A DNA stretch of 64,000 nt from a virus. Lineage: Duplodnaviria; Heunggongvirae; Uroviricota; Caudoviricetes. Below are positions 36,217 to 46,481 of this stretch, piece by piece. The position numbers and the translations under genes were made by a program. The notes under the pieces were generated by a model. It did no database searches and had not been told where the DNA came from. It was given only the letters and a program-made list of their open reading frames with translations. The number at the start of each line of letters is the position of its first letter. Position 1 is the stretch's first letter. The stretch lies in the IMG/VR virus record IMGVR_UViG_3300044640_001538. The stretch is one strand, 5' to 3'.

Positions 36217-36472
36217 AGAAGTTCTGGTCAAGAAAAAACCGCAAGAAAAAACAGAAGATATGTTTTCAAAGCATATTTCAAATGATATGGATTCTTTAGA
36301 AGAATATATTGTTGTTCAAGTGGGAACAGACTGCGTAAAATACAAAGACTCTTTAAACAAAACGATTTTATGCAGAAAAGATATGATTAGAGAAGTCAAG
36401 CATGAGAGTTTTAAAGGTTATCAAATTATACTTAATGAAGATTTAATTTTTGCAGAGTGCCACAACAGTTAG
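36191..36472 (+). CDS. hypothetical protein
   Basis: ORF in track. Confidence 0.4.
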   Translation: MLEVTLKNKEVLVKKKPQEKTEDMFSKHISNDMDSLEEYIVVQVGTDCVKYKDSLNKTILCRKDMIREVKHESFKGYQIILNEDLIFAECHNS

Positions 36473-36819
36473 TAAGATGCAGTGATAATGCAGTAGAGAG
36501 AGTTAGGCAGTTGGTACATATTTTATGTATAACTACCTTTCAAGATGTAACTCCGAGAGAACTAGATGTTTTATGTGAGTTTGTTTTATTTGATTACGGC
36601 AAAGAAGCTAAAAACAGTTTTATGTTAAACCATAACACTACAGAGGCAAACTTTAATCAAATAGTTAAAAGATTGACGGACAAAGGAATATTAATCCCAA
36701 AACCTTATAAAAACGGGAAACTAATGCATCCAGACTTCAAAAAATTAAAAGAGTTATATATTGATGATAGTAATGATTTTTTAATTGTGCAAGTGAATAA
36801 TGGAACAGACGTGGAATAA
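36457..36819 (+). CDS. hypothetical protein (possible HTH)
   Basis: ORF in track. Confidence 0.4.
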   Translation: MPQQLVRCSDNAVERVRQLVHILCITTFQDVTPRELDVLCEFVLFDYGKEAKNSFMLNHNTTEANFNQIVKRLTDKGILIPKPYKNGKLMHPDFKKLKELYIDDSNDFLIVQVNNGTDVE

Positions 36820-37270
36820 AAGGCTTACACACGATGATGACGTAATAAAAGCTTACATAGAAAAGCAAGGTGATAAAGTACCACCAGAAGTTTTAAAAGA
36901 TATTTTAAGAGTTTTAAAGAAGTATATAAAAACCAAACTTCAACAAAAACAAGATTTATCAATTCTTGATATAGATTGTTTAGGAACTTTTAAAAAGAGG
37001 TATACTATAGCTGACATTGAAGACCCAGAAAAAATAGAAAAAGGAAAAGTTGCATTAGAAAAAATATTATATCATGGCTTTAAAGATTATAAATTGCGCC
37101 ATATCATACACTTTGTAGAAAACACTTATGTCCATACTGAAGAGTCTATTCGAGACAGAGAGAACAGAAGATTGGCGTGGAGAAGGGATAGAGATATGAA
37201 AAAACACAACTTTAACATAAAAAAAGTAAATTTTGAAAAAGATTTTAACGATAGTAAAAAGCCGCTTTAA
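36800..37270 (+). CDS. hypothetical protein (basic)
   Basis: ORF in track. Confidence 0.4.
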   Translation: MEQTWNKRLTHDDDVIKAYIEKQGDKVPPEVLKDILRVLKKYIKTKLQQKQDLSILDIDCLGTFKKRYTIADIEDPEKIEKGKVALEKILYHGFKDYKLRHIIHFVENTYVHTEESIRDRENRRLAWRRDRDMKKHNFNIKKVNFEKDFNDSKKPL

Positions 37271-37529
37271 AAAAAATAAAGAGGAAGCTTGGGTAGAAGA
37301 TAGAAGAAAGATTTGTAAAGGTTGTGAATACAATTCAAAAAACGTAGAAAAAATAGGATTAACCAAAAAACTAACTATTAAACTTTCAGACTTTTATTCT
37401 TTTATAACAGGTAAAAAGAAAGAAGATAATTTAGGTTCGTGCTTGGCATGTGAAGCCTGTAGTATCTACTTCAAAACCAACGAGTTAGAAGAAACGTGTA
37501 AGATGGATTACTGGGCAGAACAAAATTAA
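37233..37529 (+). CDS. Cys-cluster (zinc-binding-like) small protein
   Basis: CKGCEYN...GSCLACEAC. Confidence 0.4.
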   Translation: MKKILTIVKSRFKKNKEEAWVEDRRKICKGCEYNSKNVEKIGLTKKLTIKLSDFYSFITGKKKEDNLGSCLACEACSIYFKTNELEETCKMDYWAEQN

Positions 37530-37536
37530 AAAACAA

Positions 37537-37848
37537 ATGGAATTAAGTAAACTAACAGAAAACAATTTTAATCTTTACAAAGAAGGCGAAGATTATATTT
37601 TAGCTTTAGGGGCTATAACAAGAAAAACAGAAAGAGAAACACAAATTTTAGTTTCTGATGTAGATGCAAAAACATTTGAAATAAAAGCTACTTGTGGATG
37701 TACCGCCGCTACAAGTTCAAAACAAACTGATAATGCAGTAATTATAACAGTAAGATATAAAGACTGTGACAGAAGTTTCGCAAAAACAGTTACTTTAACA
37801 GATAAAAACCAAAACAAAAAATTAAAAATCAAAGGAACATGTCAGTAA
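37537..37848 (+). CDS. hypothetical protein
   Basis: ORF in track. Confidence 0.4.
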   Translation: MELSKLTENNFNLYKEGEDYILALGAITRKTERETQILVSDVDAKTFEIKATCGCTAATSSKQTDNAVIITVRYKDCDRSFAKTVTLTDKNQNKKLKIKGTCQ

Positions 37849-38075
37849 TCAATTTCACAGGAGCGTTTTATACAAAATTATTTAGTTTGTTTAAAGCACA
37901 AGACGGATTAACAATTGGAGAGAAACTTGCGTTACTAGAAGTCGCCACAAAAAAAGGATTTAGAAAAGCAACAGACAAAGAAATGTATGAAGCTTTAGAT
38001 TTATTATTAACAGAAGACTTAACAGACGAACCTTTAACAGATGAAGAGTTTCAAGAGTGGGTTGACAAACATTAA
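37839..38075 (+). CDS. hypothetical protein
   Basis: ORF in track. Confidence 0.4.
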   Translation: MSVINFTGAFYTKLFSLFKAQDGLTIGEKLALLEVATKKGFRKATDKEMYEALDLLLTEDLTDEPLTDEEFQEWVDKH

Positions 38076-38078
38076 GAA

Positions 38079-38486
38079 ATGAAAAATTTAGAGACATACG
38101 TAGAAAAAATATTCCGAGAATATATGGAATATAAAAACTATCTTTTAGAAGAATCTAAAAATATAGAAGAAGTACAGCAAAAAATAGTAGATGAATCTGA
38201 AGGTTTAGACAATAAAGATTTACACAGATTGTATTTTGATAAAGTAGCATGGGTTATGATTGCACAATCTGATTTAGCTGAATTAAAAGCAAGACTGTAT
38301 TTTACTATGGAGGCATATAAAGATTTTATTGAGCCGCCAACAGAAATAAAAGAAGCAATAGAGACAGAACTCGAAGGAGTAGGTTTAGACCAAGTTTTCG
38401 CCATAAAAAATGGAGAAAGGACTGTAATAAACAAAACCAAATATGACCTCATAGAGAAGACATATTTTGAAAGAATATCAAATTAA
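38079..38486 (+). CDS. hypothetical protein
   Basis: ORF in track; followed by a terminator-like hairpin. Confidence 0.4.
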   Translation: MKNLETYVEKIFREYMEYKNYLLEESKNIEEVQQKIVDESEGLDNKDLHRLYFDKVAWVMIAQSDLAELKARLYFTMEAYKDFIEPPTEIKEAIETELEGVGLDQVFAIKNGERTVINKTKYDLIEKTYFERISN

Positions 38487-38490
38487 TTTT

Positions 38491-38514
38491 AGGGGGCAAT
38501 TACTGTCCCCTTTT
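38491..38514 (+). terminator. candidate rho-independent terminator
   Basis: AGGGGGCA-ATTAC-TGTCCCCT followed by TTTT. Confidence 0.4.
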
Positions 38515-38525
38515 CAAGTTTATAA

Positions 38526-39707
38526 ATGAGAACAGCACATAATAAATTAACACAAGAAAAAGTAATTGAACAGTTTAAAGATGTTCATGGAGACGCTTTT
38601 GATTATAGTAAAGTGGAGTATGTTGATACCAATACTAAGGTAAAGATAAGATGTAAAAAGCACGATTACACATTTCAACAAATTCCAAAAAATCATAAAA
38701 AAGGAACAACCTGTCCACTTTGTGAAAGAGAAAAAATGTCAAAATTAAACTCTAAAGGTAAAGAAAAATTTGTAGAAGAAGCTTTAGAAAAATACGGAGA
38801 TTTAGATGATTATTCAAAAGTAGAGTATAAAAATACAAAAACAGAAGTTACTTTTACATGTAAAAAACATAACTTGGAGTATGAAAAACAACCTGACCAC
38901 TATCTTAGAGGATATCGTTGTCCAGAGTGTTCTAGAGAAAGTAGAAGAAGTAGGTTAAATGATAAAGAATTATTTATTCAATCTGCTATAAACAAACATG
39001 GTGATGAGCATGATTATACAAACACAGATATATATCCTTCTGTAAAAGATGTAGAAATTAGATGTAAAAAACACGACCATACTTTTAAAATAAATATTAG
39101 TAGTTATCTAAGCGGTCAAAAATGTCCAAAGTGTTCTCGTGAAAATTATACAGCACTTAGAATGAAAACAACAGAAGAATTCATAAAAGAGGCTGTACAA
39201 GTATGGGGAGATAACAATGACTATACAGTTACTGATTATAAAGGTGCCTTGAATTATATCAATGTAAGATGTAAAAAACATGATTATATATATCCTGTCC
39301 TACCTAAAAATCACACAAATGGTAAAGGTTGTCCAAAATGCAAACACGGATATAACGGAAAAGGTCATCACCATACTAAAAAAGAATATGTTGAATTAGC
39401 TAATGGGCGGGTAACTTCTTTATATTTAATAAAATGTTTTGATGAATACGAAGAGTTTTACAAAATAGGTAAAACATTCAGAGGTTTAAAAAAGAGGTAC
39501 ACTAGTGTGAATATGCCTTATGATTATGAGGAAATATTTTTATACAACTCAGATGCAGAAACTATATGGGATTTAGAGGAGGAGCTACATAAAAAATATG
39601 TTAGATATAATTACAGAGTAAATAAAATATTTGACGGATATTCCGAATGTTACACTCTTAAATTACCAATACAAGAAGTAATAGATTTACAATGTCAGAA
39701 AGAGTAG
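38526..39707 (+). CDS. T5orf172 (GIY-YIG-superfamily) domain endonuclease with four N-terminal CxxH...CPxC zinc-ribbon repeats
   Basis: Four repeats CKKH(D/N)(Y/H/L)...CP(L/E/K)C; C-terminal region YLIKCFDEYEEFYKIGKTFRGLKKRY...EEELHKKY...GYSECYTL fits the T5orf172 motif. Confidence 0.6.
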   Translation: MRTAHNKLTQEKVIEQFKDVHGDAFDYSKVEYVDTNTKVKIRCKKHDYTFQQIPKNHKKGTTCPLCEREKMSKLNSKGKEKFVEEALEKYGDLDDYSKVEYKNTKTEVTFTCKKHNLEYEKQPDHYLRGYRCPECSRESRRSRLNDKELFIQSAINKHGDEHDYTNTDIYPSVKDVEIRCKKHDHTFKINISSYLSGQKCPKCSRENYTALRMKTTEEFIKEAVQVWGDNNDYTVTDYKGALNYINVRCKKHDYIYPVLPKNHTNGKGCPKCKHGYNGKGHHHTKKEYVELANGRVTSLYLIKCFDEYEEFYKIGKTFRGLKKRYTSVNMPYDYEEIFLYNSDAETIWDLEEELHKKYVRYNYRVNKIFDGYSECYTLKLPIQEVIDLQCQKE

Positions 39708-42307
39708 ATAAGTTTATAAGACAACATAAAGAGTATTTTAAAAGAAACTCTACCGTAATTGAATCTAACAGATGGACAGACGAGCCAGATTTAGGTAAAA
39801 GAGTAAAGCTATTTAAGCAAGAGAACGAATTAACAACTTCTATTGTTGGGAGGTTATCTGCATTTATAAAAATAGCAGATGCTGATAGAAAATTACCAAA
39901 GACTCAAAAATTCATAGATACTACGGTTAAAATAATAAACATACATTTAGCAAAATGTGATGGGTATTTAGATTACAAGCTAGATGAGTTAATAGAATCA
40001 ACAGACGACACAGAAGAAGAAATTGATTTAAAGACACAAGAAATAGCATTTCAAGATAAGGTTTTTAATGATAAGATATCTATACAAGATAAAATGGACG
40101 CACTTAGTCTAAAAAGTGAACCTGATGATTTAAAGTTTAATTTTTATAGCGGTCAAATTGCATCATTACCGATGACTGAGGTTTTAACTGTTGTAAACAA
40201 CGACATAAAAGAAGCAACGGACTCGCTTAACTTATCTACGGAAGTAGGTGATAAAACATTTTATAAGGAGTTATTAAAAGAAGGCAAAGTTCCACAATGG
40301 AATGAAAAAAAGCATTTTTGGGAGCAAGATAAAGAAGAAGTACTACCTTTTTGGCAAAACGAGTGGCTTAAAATCAAAAACGGATTTGAATTAGATGGCT
40401 ATTTTATACACCCTTGGTTATACTTCCATATCAACTTTTTTAAAACACCTATACCACAAGATGATGGTTCCGAACCTATAATCAACCCAGACTTTAGAGA
40501 TAACGAGTGGTTATTTGTAGAAGAGATAAAAAGAGCTGAGAAAGCAGGTAACAGAGGTGTTATACTTTATGGAAGCCGAAGACTTGGAAAATCTACTTTG
40601 ATGTCTTCATACTGTTATTGGAAAGCGTTAACAAAACCAAACTCATCTGCAACTATTACATCTGGTTCCGAGGGAGATTTAATTGACCTGACACATAAAA
40701 TAAAAACTGCTATGAAGTATATACCTAAAGCTTTTTATTTATACATTCAAAGTCAGGAGTGGTTAGGAGGTTCTGTAGAATTAGGTTTAAAAACAACGGC
40801 AAGTAACCTTGTAGAGTATTCGAGATTTGTTATTAAAAACTTAGCAGGAGGAACAACAAAAGCTACACAGAAGACAGCTGGAGGGGCTCCGTCGGTCTAC
40901 CTTATCGAAGAAATAGGAAAATTCGATTGGAAAAAGTCATACTTAGCCGCTAAACCTTCGTTTGAAACAAAGGATAGATGGAAATGTGTACCTATAGCTG
41001 TTGGTACAGGTGGGGAGGCAAGTTTATCTGGAGACGCTATGTCTGCATTAGCTAATCCCACATCTTTAAACTTTTTAGAAATGGATTGGGATAGTTTTGA
41101 ATCTAAAATACCAGTTGAATCTATAAGTTGGAAACGTAGAAAATTTGCAACGTTTGTCCCAGCACAAATGTCATATAAAACAGGACTCAGAAGTATTAAA
41201 AAACCATTTGGTGAGTTTTTAGGGATAAAGTCAAAAGAACTAGATAAAGTAATTATACACCAAGCAGATTGGGAACATAACTTAAAAGTACTACTAGAAG
41301 ATAGAAGATTGGTAAAAGATGATAACCTTTTATTACAACAAGAGACTGTACAATACCCAATTGACCCAGAAGAAGTTTTTTTAAGTTCCGAAGTATCTCC
41401 TTTTTCAAATGTATACGAAGAGGCAAGAAAACACAGAGAGTACTTATTGGAAACTGGTGGCTGGGATGCTAGATATGAATTAAGTAGAAACTCAAACGGT
41501 GTTGTAGAAGCAACATTATCTACAAAAAAATTAGTAGAGTTTCCATTTAGAGGTGAAAATCAAGACGCACCGTTTCTATTGTTTGAATTACCAGGACAAA
41601 AATCACCAAAATACCTTTATGTAGCAAGTGGCGACTTTTACAAACAAGAAAAAACAACAACAACAGATTCGGTTTGTACTATAGGTATTTATAAGTATCC
41701 TATGTTTGGTGACCCAAATGGTAAAAAATTAGTAGCCACTTATGCGGGAAGACCTAAAACATATAAAGAACTTAATGACAAAGTGCTTTTACTTTTAGAA
41801 TACTATAATGCAGCATTTTTTCCAGAGAATGAAGATATAGGTGTGTTTCAAACATATTTAGAATCTTTAAGATTAGAAGACACTTATTTAGAGAAACACA
41901 TAGATTTTAACAGCTCTCTAACTTATTCTGAAAATGATGCTAGAAAATACGGCTGGACACCTAGACAATCTAAAAAGAAACTTATAGGAATGTATGCTAA
42001 TTACCTAGATGAAAACATAAAAATAATAGATGACTACGGTAAAGAAGCAATAGTAAAAAGAGTACAAACAATAAATGATATATGGTTGCTTTCTGAAATT
42101 ATGAACTATACGGAAAGTGGAAACTTCGATAGAGTGTCTGGACATATAGGTTGTATAGGATTTTTACATTACCTTGAAAAAAACTACATATACCCAAAAG
42201 GATTATCTAAAAAAAGAGAGGAAACACAAATAGACCTACCAAAACAAGCTAAGAAAGTAGAATTCTTTAGAAAAACGCCGCAAAGAAGCTTTTACAAGAA
42301 AAGGTAA
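39692..42307 (+). CDS. terL: terminase large subunit (T4 gp17-like) with a long N-terminal extension
   Basis: Walker A GSRRLGKSTLMSSYCYWKA (compare T4 SRQLGKTTVVAIFLAHFV), Walker B YLIEEIGKFDW, and nuclease-domain start LYVASGDFYKQEKTTTTDSVCTIGIY. Confidence 0.75.
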   Translation: MSERVDKFIRQHKEYFKRNSTVIESNRWTDEPDLGKRVKLFKQENELTTSIVGRLSAFIKIADADRKLPKTQKFIDTTVKIINIHLAKCDGYLDYKLDELIESTDDTEEEIDLKTQEIAFQDKVFNDKISIQDKMDALSLKSEPDDLKFNFYSGQIASLPMTEVLTVVNNDIKEATDSLNLSTEVGDKTFYKELLKEGKVPQWNEKKHFWEQDKEEVLPFWQNEWLKIKNGFELDGYFIHPWLYFHINFFKTPIPQDDGSEPIINPDFRDNEWLFVEEIKRAEKAGNRGVILYGSRRLGKSTLMSSYCYWKALTKPNSSATITSGSEGDLIDLTHKIKTAMKYIPKAFYLYIQSQEWLGGSVELGLKTTASNLVEYSRFVIKNLAGGTTKATQKTAGGAPSVYLIEEIGKFDWKKSYLAAKPSFETKDRWKCVPIAVGTGGEASLSGDAMSALANPTSLNFLEMDWDSFESKIPVESISWKRRKFATFVPAQMSYKTGLRSIKKPFGEFLGIKSKELDKVIIHQADWEHNLKVLLEDRRLVKDDNLLLQQETVQYPIDPEEVFLSSEVSPFSNVYEEARKHREYLLETGGWDARYELSRNSNGVVEATLSTKKLVEFPFRGENQDAPFLLFELPGQKSPKYLYVASGDFYKQEKTTTTDSVCTIGIYKYPMFGDPNGKKLVATYAGRPKTYKELNDKVLLLLEYYNAAFFPENEDIGVFQTYLESLRLEDTYLEKHIDFNSSLTYSENDARKYGWTPRQSKKKLIGMYANYLDENIKIIDDYGKEAIVKRVQTINDIWLLSEIMNYTESGNFDRVSGHIGCIGFLHYLEKNYIYPKGLSKKREETQIDLPKQAKKVEFFRKTPQRSFYKKR

Positions 42308-42330
42308 AATAACAACGGCTTTTAACTTTT

Positions 42331-42360
42331 TTGAAATTAATAATTAAAGCACTATATTTG
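42331..42360 (+). promoter_or_regulatory. plus-strand Bacteroidetes-type promoter upstream of the portal gene
   Basis: TTG at 42331..42333 and TATATTTG at 42353..42360 (spacing 19). Confidence 0.5.
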
Positions 42361-42382
42361 CAAATTATAAAATGGAAAAGAA

Positions 42383-45178
42383 TTGGACGATTTAAATATA
42401 TTCAGTAACATCGGTGTAAACACAAGAAACAGGACTGTACCTGTGCAAACCCTACCAGACTCTAAAAAGAATGATGAGTGGGTTAAAGCTACTTTGGATA
42501 CATTTTATTGGGAAGCCACGCAACAAATTAAAAGAAACTCTGTATTTTCGGAAATAAGAAAAATGACAGAGGGTGAGTACACGTACAAAGCAGTTACTGT
42601 AGAGGAAACACTTACCGATTCTAAAATGAAGAGTGACTTTGCAAATCTTAATAAAGACTTTTACACACCTACTCACATTAAGCATTTTGATTTCATAGGA
42701 ATTATAGCCAACGCTATTAAAGGTATGTTTTCTGAACTTGACGATTTGTATAGAGTGCAATCTAACGATGAGTATTTTACAAATGAATATATTCGTTTAA
42801 GAACTGAAAAATTACATCAATACGCTCAAAAAGTATTTAAAGCGGAAATCGATAAAATGCTTATTGCAAAAGGCTTAAACCCAAACAAGCAAGATTTCCA
42901 ATCTGAAGAAGAAAAGCAACAATATTTACAGCAATTAGATGCGGAAGTAAAAAAATACACGCCCGAAGAAATTGAAAAAGAATTGTCTACAAACTTTAAA
43001 GTTGTAGCAACTGAATGGGCTAATAATGTATTAATTTCTGACAGAGATAAATTCAGTTTAGACAAAGAAGATAAAAAAGCACTTACAGATTATATTCTAA
43101 CTGGTAGATGGTTTAGACATTATAAAGTAGGATATGATTATTATGATGTTGAATATTGGAGACCAGAGGAAACATTCTTCTCGCAAGATGTAGATAGTGA
43201 ATATCCGCAAGATTCTGATTTTATAGGAAGATTGACAGAGATGTCGTCAAATAAAATCTTACAAAAATATGGTCACTTAATGACCACTAAACAACAAGAA
43301 AGAATTGGAGATTATTGGAACCAGAAAGACGATTACAAAAAAGGAAATGGTTTAGTTGGGTCGGCATTATCTCCATCACCATTTGCAGAAGCACATATAC
43401 TTCCATTTGAGAATTATTATGACCACCAAATAAACTTACAAATGGAAACTGCTTTGGGAGCACCTTTAGCACAATCTATGGATAAGAATACAGGAGAGGT
43501 AACAAGACATTGGATGCCAAGAAGTGATTACAGCATTCTATCTCCAGGTAAAAACTTTACAAGAAACTTAAGAACAGATATAGACGTAAGAACAGATACT
43601 ATTGAAGTATTAGATGTTTATTGGCGCTCTATGAAAAGAATAGGTATTGTTATTTTTAAAAACGATACTGGAGTAACACAAATCGAAATAGTTCAAGACA
43701 AACTTTTAAGAGAATTTATAGAGCAACACGAAATATCTATAAAAAGAAATTTAAGCCTACAAGAGCTACAAGATGCTTTAAGAAACGACAGAATTGAAGA
43801 ATATTCAAATACTTTAACATATCACTATATTCCAGAAATATGGCACGCCGTAGTATTAAAAGGTAGTAATGCCTCAATACTAACGGAAGATATGATTTTA
43901 GACGCTAAACCTTTAGACTATCAAATTAAAGGAGACAGCAACTTATTTCAAGTTAGAATACCAGTTGGAGGATTAATTTCAAAAGGAATCGTACCTAAAC
44001 TATTACCTTACCAACAATTACATAACGTTTGTTTAAACCAAGTTACAGAGTTATTAGGAGACGAGTTAGGTGTATTCTACACGTTTGATGTAAATGCATT
44101 ACCTGCCGAATATAAAGATGAAACTACTCAAGAAGCTTTGTATGCTATGGCAGATACAATTAAGCTTACTAAATTAGCGCCAGTAGATTTATCAAGAACA
44201 AACACTCAAGGAAGCTCTGTTTATCCAAATGTATTTCAAAGAAATGAAGTTGTGTTTGTACAACAAGTACAATACAGAAGAGAAATGGCGGCTTATTACA
44301 AACAAGAAGCTTTTCAACAAGTTGGAATTACACCTCAAATGTTAGGGGCGCCAACAAACTACGAAACAGCAGAAGGAGTAAAACAACAAGCAAGTGCAAC
44401 TTACGGATTAATTTCAAATATTATTGACGAGTTTAATACTTCAAAAGCAAAAGCAAATGAATTACACATAGCTATAGCACAATACTGCGAAGTTAATGGT
44501 AAGACAACTACAAGAGTAATTCAAAAATCAGATGCTTCAAATCACTTTATAGATATTTTAGCAGAAGACCCAGATTACTTCCCTTTAAGAAGATTAAACA
44601 TTTTACCAGCGTCAAATTCAAAAGACAGAAGCGTAGTAAAAGGAATTCAACAAATATTAATGTCAGACAATACAATACAGAAAGATATTGGAGATGTTAT
44701 AGACATTCTTACAAACCCTTATATTTCAGAATTAAAACAAATTGGTAGAGATATTAGAAAAAGAAGTCAAATGCAAGCACAAGAACAAAGAGCGTTTGAA
44801 GATTCTCAATTAACTAAACAATTAGAAGACGGACAAGCTAAATTAGCCGCAGATAGACAACACGAAATTGCTATTGTAGACAGAAAAGGAGAATGGAGTT
44901 ATAAAGAAGCTTACATTAATGCTCTAGGAAAAGATAGTATGTCAACTAAAACAGATGACACCGCCGAGATAGAAAAAGCGTATAAAGCAGAAACAGATTC
45001 TTACAAAATGTCTCAAGACTATGAAATAAAGAACAGAGAATTAAATAGAAAAGAGACCGCAGATATGGACTCAAAAGAAATAGCATTAAAACAAATAAAC
45101 CAGAAAAATGAGGAGCTAAGGCTTCGTCAAGAGCAAATGAATACACAAAAGTACGTCGCTCAAATCAACAAAAATTAG
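42383..45178 (+). CDS. putative portal protein (931 aa; apparent TTG start; charged C-terminal coiled-coil extension)
   Basis: Position immediately after terL; large size; no motif verified by eye. Confidence 0.45.
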   Translation: MDDLNIFSNIGVNTRNRTVPVQTLPDSKKNDEWVKATLDTFYWEATQQIKRNSVFSEIRKMTEGEYTYKAVTVEETLTDSKMKSDFANLNKDFYTPTHIKHFDFIGIIANAIKGMFSELDDLYRVQSNDEYFTNEYIRLRTEKLHQYAQKVFKAEIDKMLIAKGLNPNKQDFQSEEEKQQYLQQLDAEVKKYTPEEIEKELSTNFKVVATEWANNVLISDRDKFSLDKEDKKALTDYILTGRWFRHYKVGYDYYDVEYWRPEETFFSQDVDSEYPQDSDFIGRLTEMSSNKILQKYGHLMTTKQQERIGDYWNQKDDYKKGNGLVGSALSPSPFAEAHILPFENYYDHQINLQMETALGAPLAQSMDKNTGEVTRHWMPRSDYSILSPGKNFTRNLRTDIDVRTDTIEVLDVYWRSMKRIGIVIFKNDTGVTQIEIVQDKLLREFIEQHEISIKRNLSLQELQDALRNDRIEEYSNTLTYHYIPEIWHAVVLKGSNASILTEDMILDAKPLDYQIKGDSNLFQVRIPVGGLISKGIVPKLLPYQQLHNVCLNQVTELLGDELGVFYTFDVNALPAEYKDETTQEALYAMADTIKLTKLAPVDLSRTNTQGSSVYPNVFQRNEVVFVQQVQYRREMAAYYKQEAFQQVGITPQMLGAPTNYETAEGVKQQASATYGLISNIIDEFNTSKAKANELHIAIAQYCEVNGKTTTRVIQKSDASNHFIDILAEDPDYFPLRRLNILPASNSKDRSVVKGIQQILMSDNTIQKDIGDVIDILTNPYISELKQIGRDIRKRSQMQAQEQRAFEDSQLTKQLEDGQAKLAADRQHEIAIVDRKGEWSYKEAYINALGKDSMSTKTDDTAEIEKAYKAETDSYKMSQDYEIKNRELNRKETADMDSKEIALKQINQKNEELRLRQEQMNTQKYVAQINKN

Positions 45179-45276
45179 ATTTTTTGTAACATCTTAAATT
45201 TTTTGTAATAATTTACAGAGGATTTCAAAGATTTTGAAAATTGAAAAAATAATATAACCTTTGCAGAACAAAAACC

Positions 45277-46452
45277 ATGGAAAACCAAACACAAGAAAGA
45301 ACACAGACAGTTGATGTAGATATCAAAGCTTTAGTAGAACAAGCAAAATCTAAATCGCCACAAGAGAAAGTAGAAGAAAAATCAGCAGACGACGTACTAA
45401 AGAAATTAGGTATGAAACCTGCGGAAGTAGAAACTACAAAAACAGAAGCTGATGAACCTGTAGATGATGCAGAAGCTTTAAAAGCACAACAAGAGGCTTT
45501 AAAGAAGCAGGAAAAAGCAGAAGCTAAAAAAGAGTTAGAATTAAAAAAAGTAATAGGTAACGAGTGGAAAAGTAGATTAAACACACTTATCGAAGACGGA
45601 CTTATCGAAGATGTTGCAATAACATTAGACCCAGGAACAGAAAACGAAAAAAGTGTTTACTTATCAGAACTTGAAAATTTAGATGCCGCCACTTATAAAA
45701 GTATTGTAAACAACTACAAGGAAGCTAAAGATAAAGAGCTTAAAGAGAAGTATATTTCGGTAGAAGGCTTAGATGACACAACTAAAAAATTAGTTAATCT
45801 AAAAAAAGAAGGTGGAGACATCTCTACTCTTATTAAAGAAGAAGTTCAAGTTATTGACACTTTACAAAGAATCCAAAAATCTTTAGATGACGAAAACGAA
45901 CAAGCAAGAGTTGTTTATCACGATTTACTTTCTAAAGGAGTTACTAAAAGAGTAGCCGAAGTACAAATACAAGAACTAGCAGAAAACTTTCAATTAGAAA
46001 GCACAGCTAGAGACATTATAAAGAAAGAAATTGACGCATACGAAGAGTCAGTAGAGCAAAAGCAAAAAGAGCAGTTAAAACAGCTTGAAATAGCTAAAGA
46101 AGAACACAAAGCTTTCACTAAAGAAGTGTCTGCTAAATATAAAGAGTGGGGCGTAGAAGAAAACCTAAGAAGATTACTTGTACAAAACACAACGGTGAGA
46201 GACCAAAATGGGCTAACAAATACAGACAAATTATATTTCGATAGTATTAAGGACCCAGAAAAGCACGCAAAAGTTGCATTCTTGTTAAACAATTTAGAAA
46301 AATTTGAAGAGCACATTGCGGGAAAAAGAGTTGTAGAGGATAAGAAAAGAACAGTTAGCTCTTTATTTACATTATCTACAACCAACATTAAACAAGCAGA
46401 TAAAACATCAGACGATAAAACAGATAAGTTAATAGCAAAACTTAAAATGTAA
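45277..46452 (+). CDS. putative scaffolding protein (E/K-rich coiled coil)
   Basis: Highly charged heptad-like sequence between the portal and the capsid candidate. Confidence 0.45.
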   Translation: MENQTQERTQTVDVDIKALVEQAKSKSPQEKVEEKSADDVLKKLGMKPAEVETTKTEADEPVDDAEALKAQQEALKKQEKAEAKKELELKKVIGNEWKSRLNTLIEDGLIEDVAITLDPGTENEKSVYLSELENLDAATYKSIVNNYKEAKDKELKEKYISVEGLDDTTKKLVNLKKEGGDISTLIKEEVQVIDTLQRIQKSLDDENEQARVVYHDLLSKGVTKRVAEVQIQELAENFQLESTARDIIKKEIDAYEESVEQKQKEQLKQLEIAKEEHKAFTKEVSAKYKEWGVEENLRRLLVQNTTVRDQNGLTNTDKLYFDSIKDPEKHAKVAFLLNNLEKFEEHIAGKRVVEDKKRTVSSLFTLSTTNIKQADKTSDDKTDKLIAKLKM

Positions 46453-46481
46453 CAATTAAACACTAAAACAATAATTAAAAA

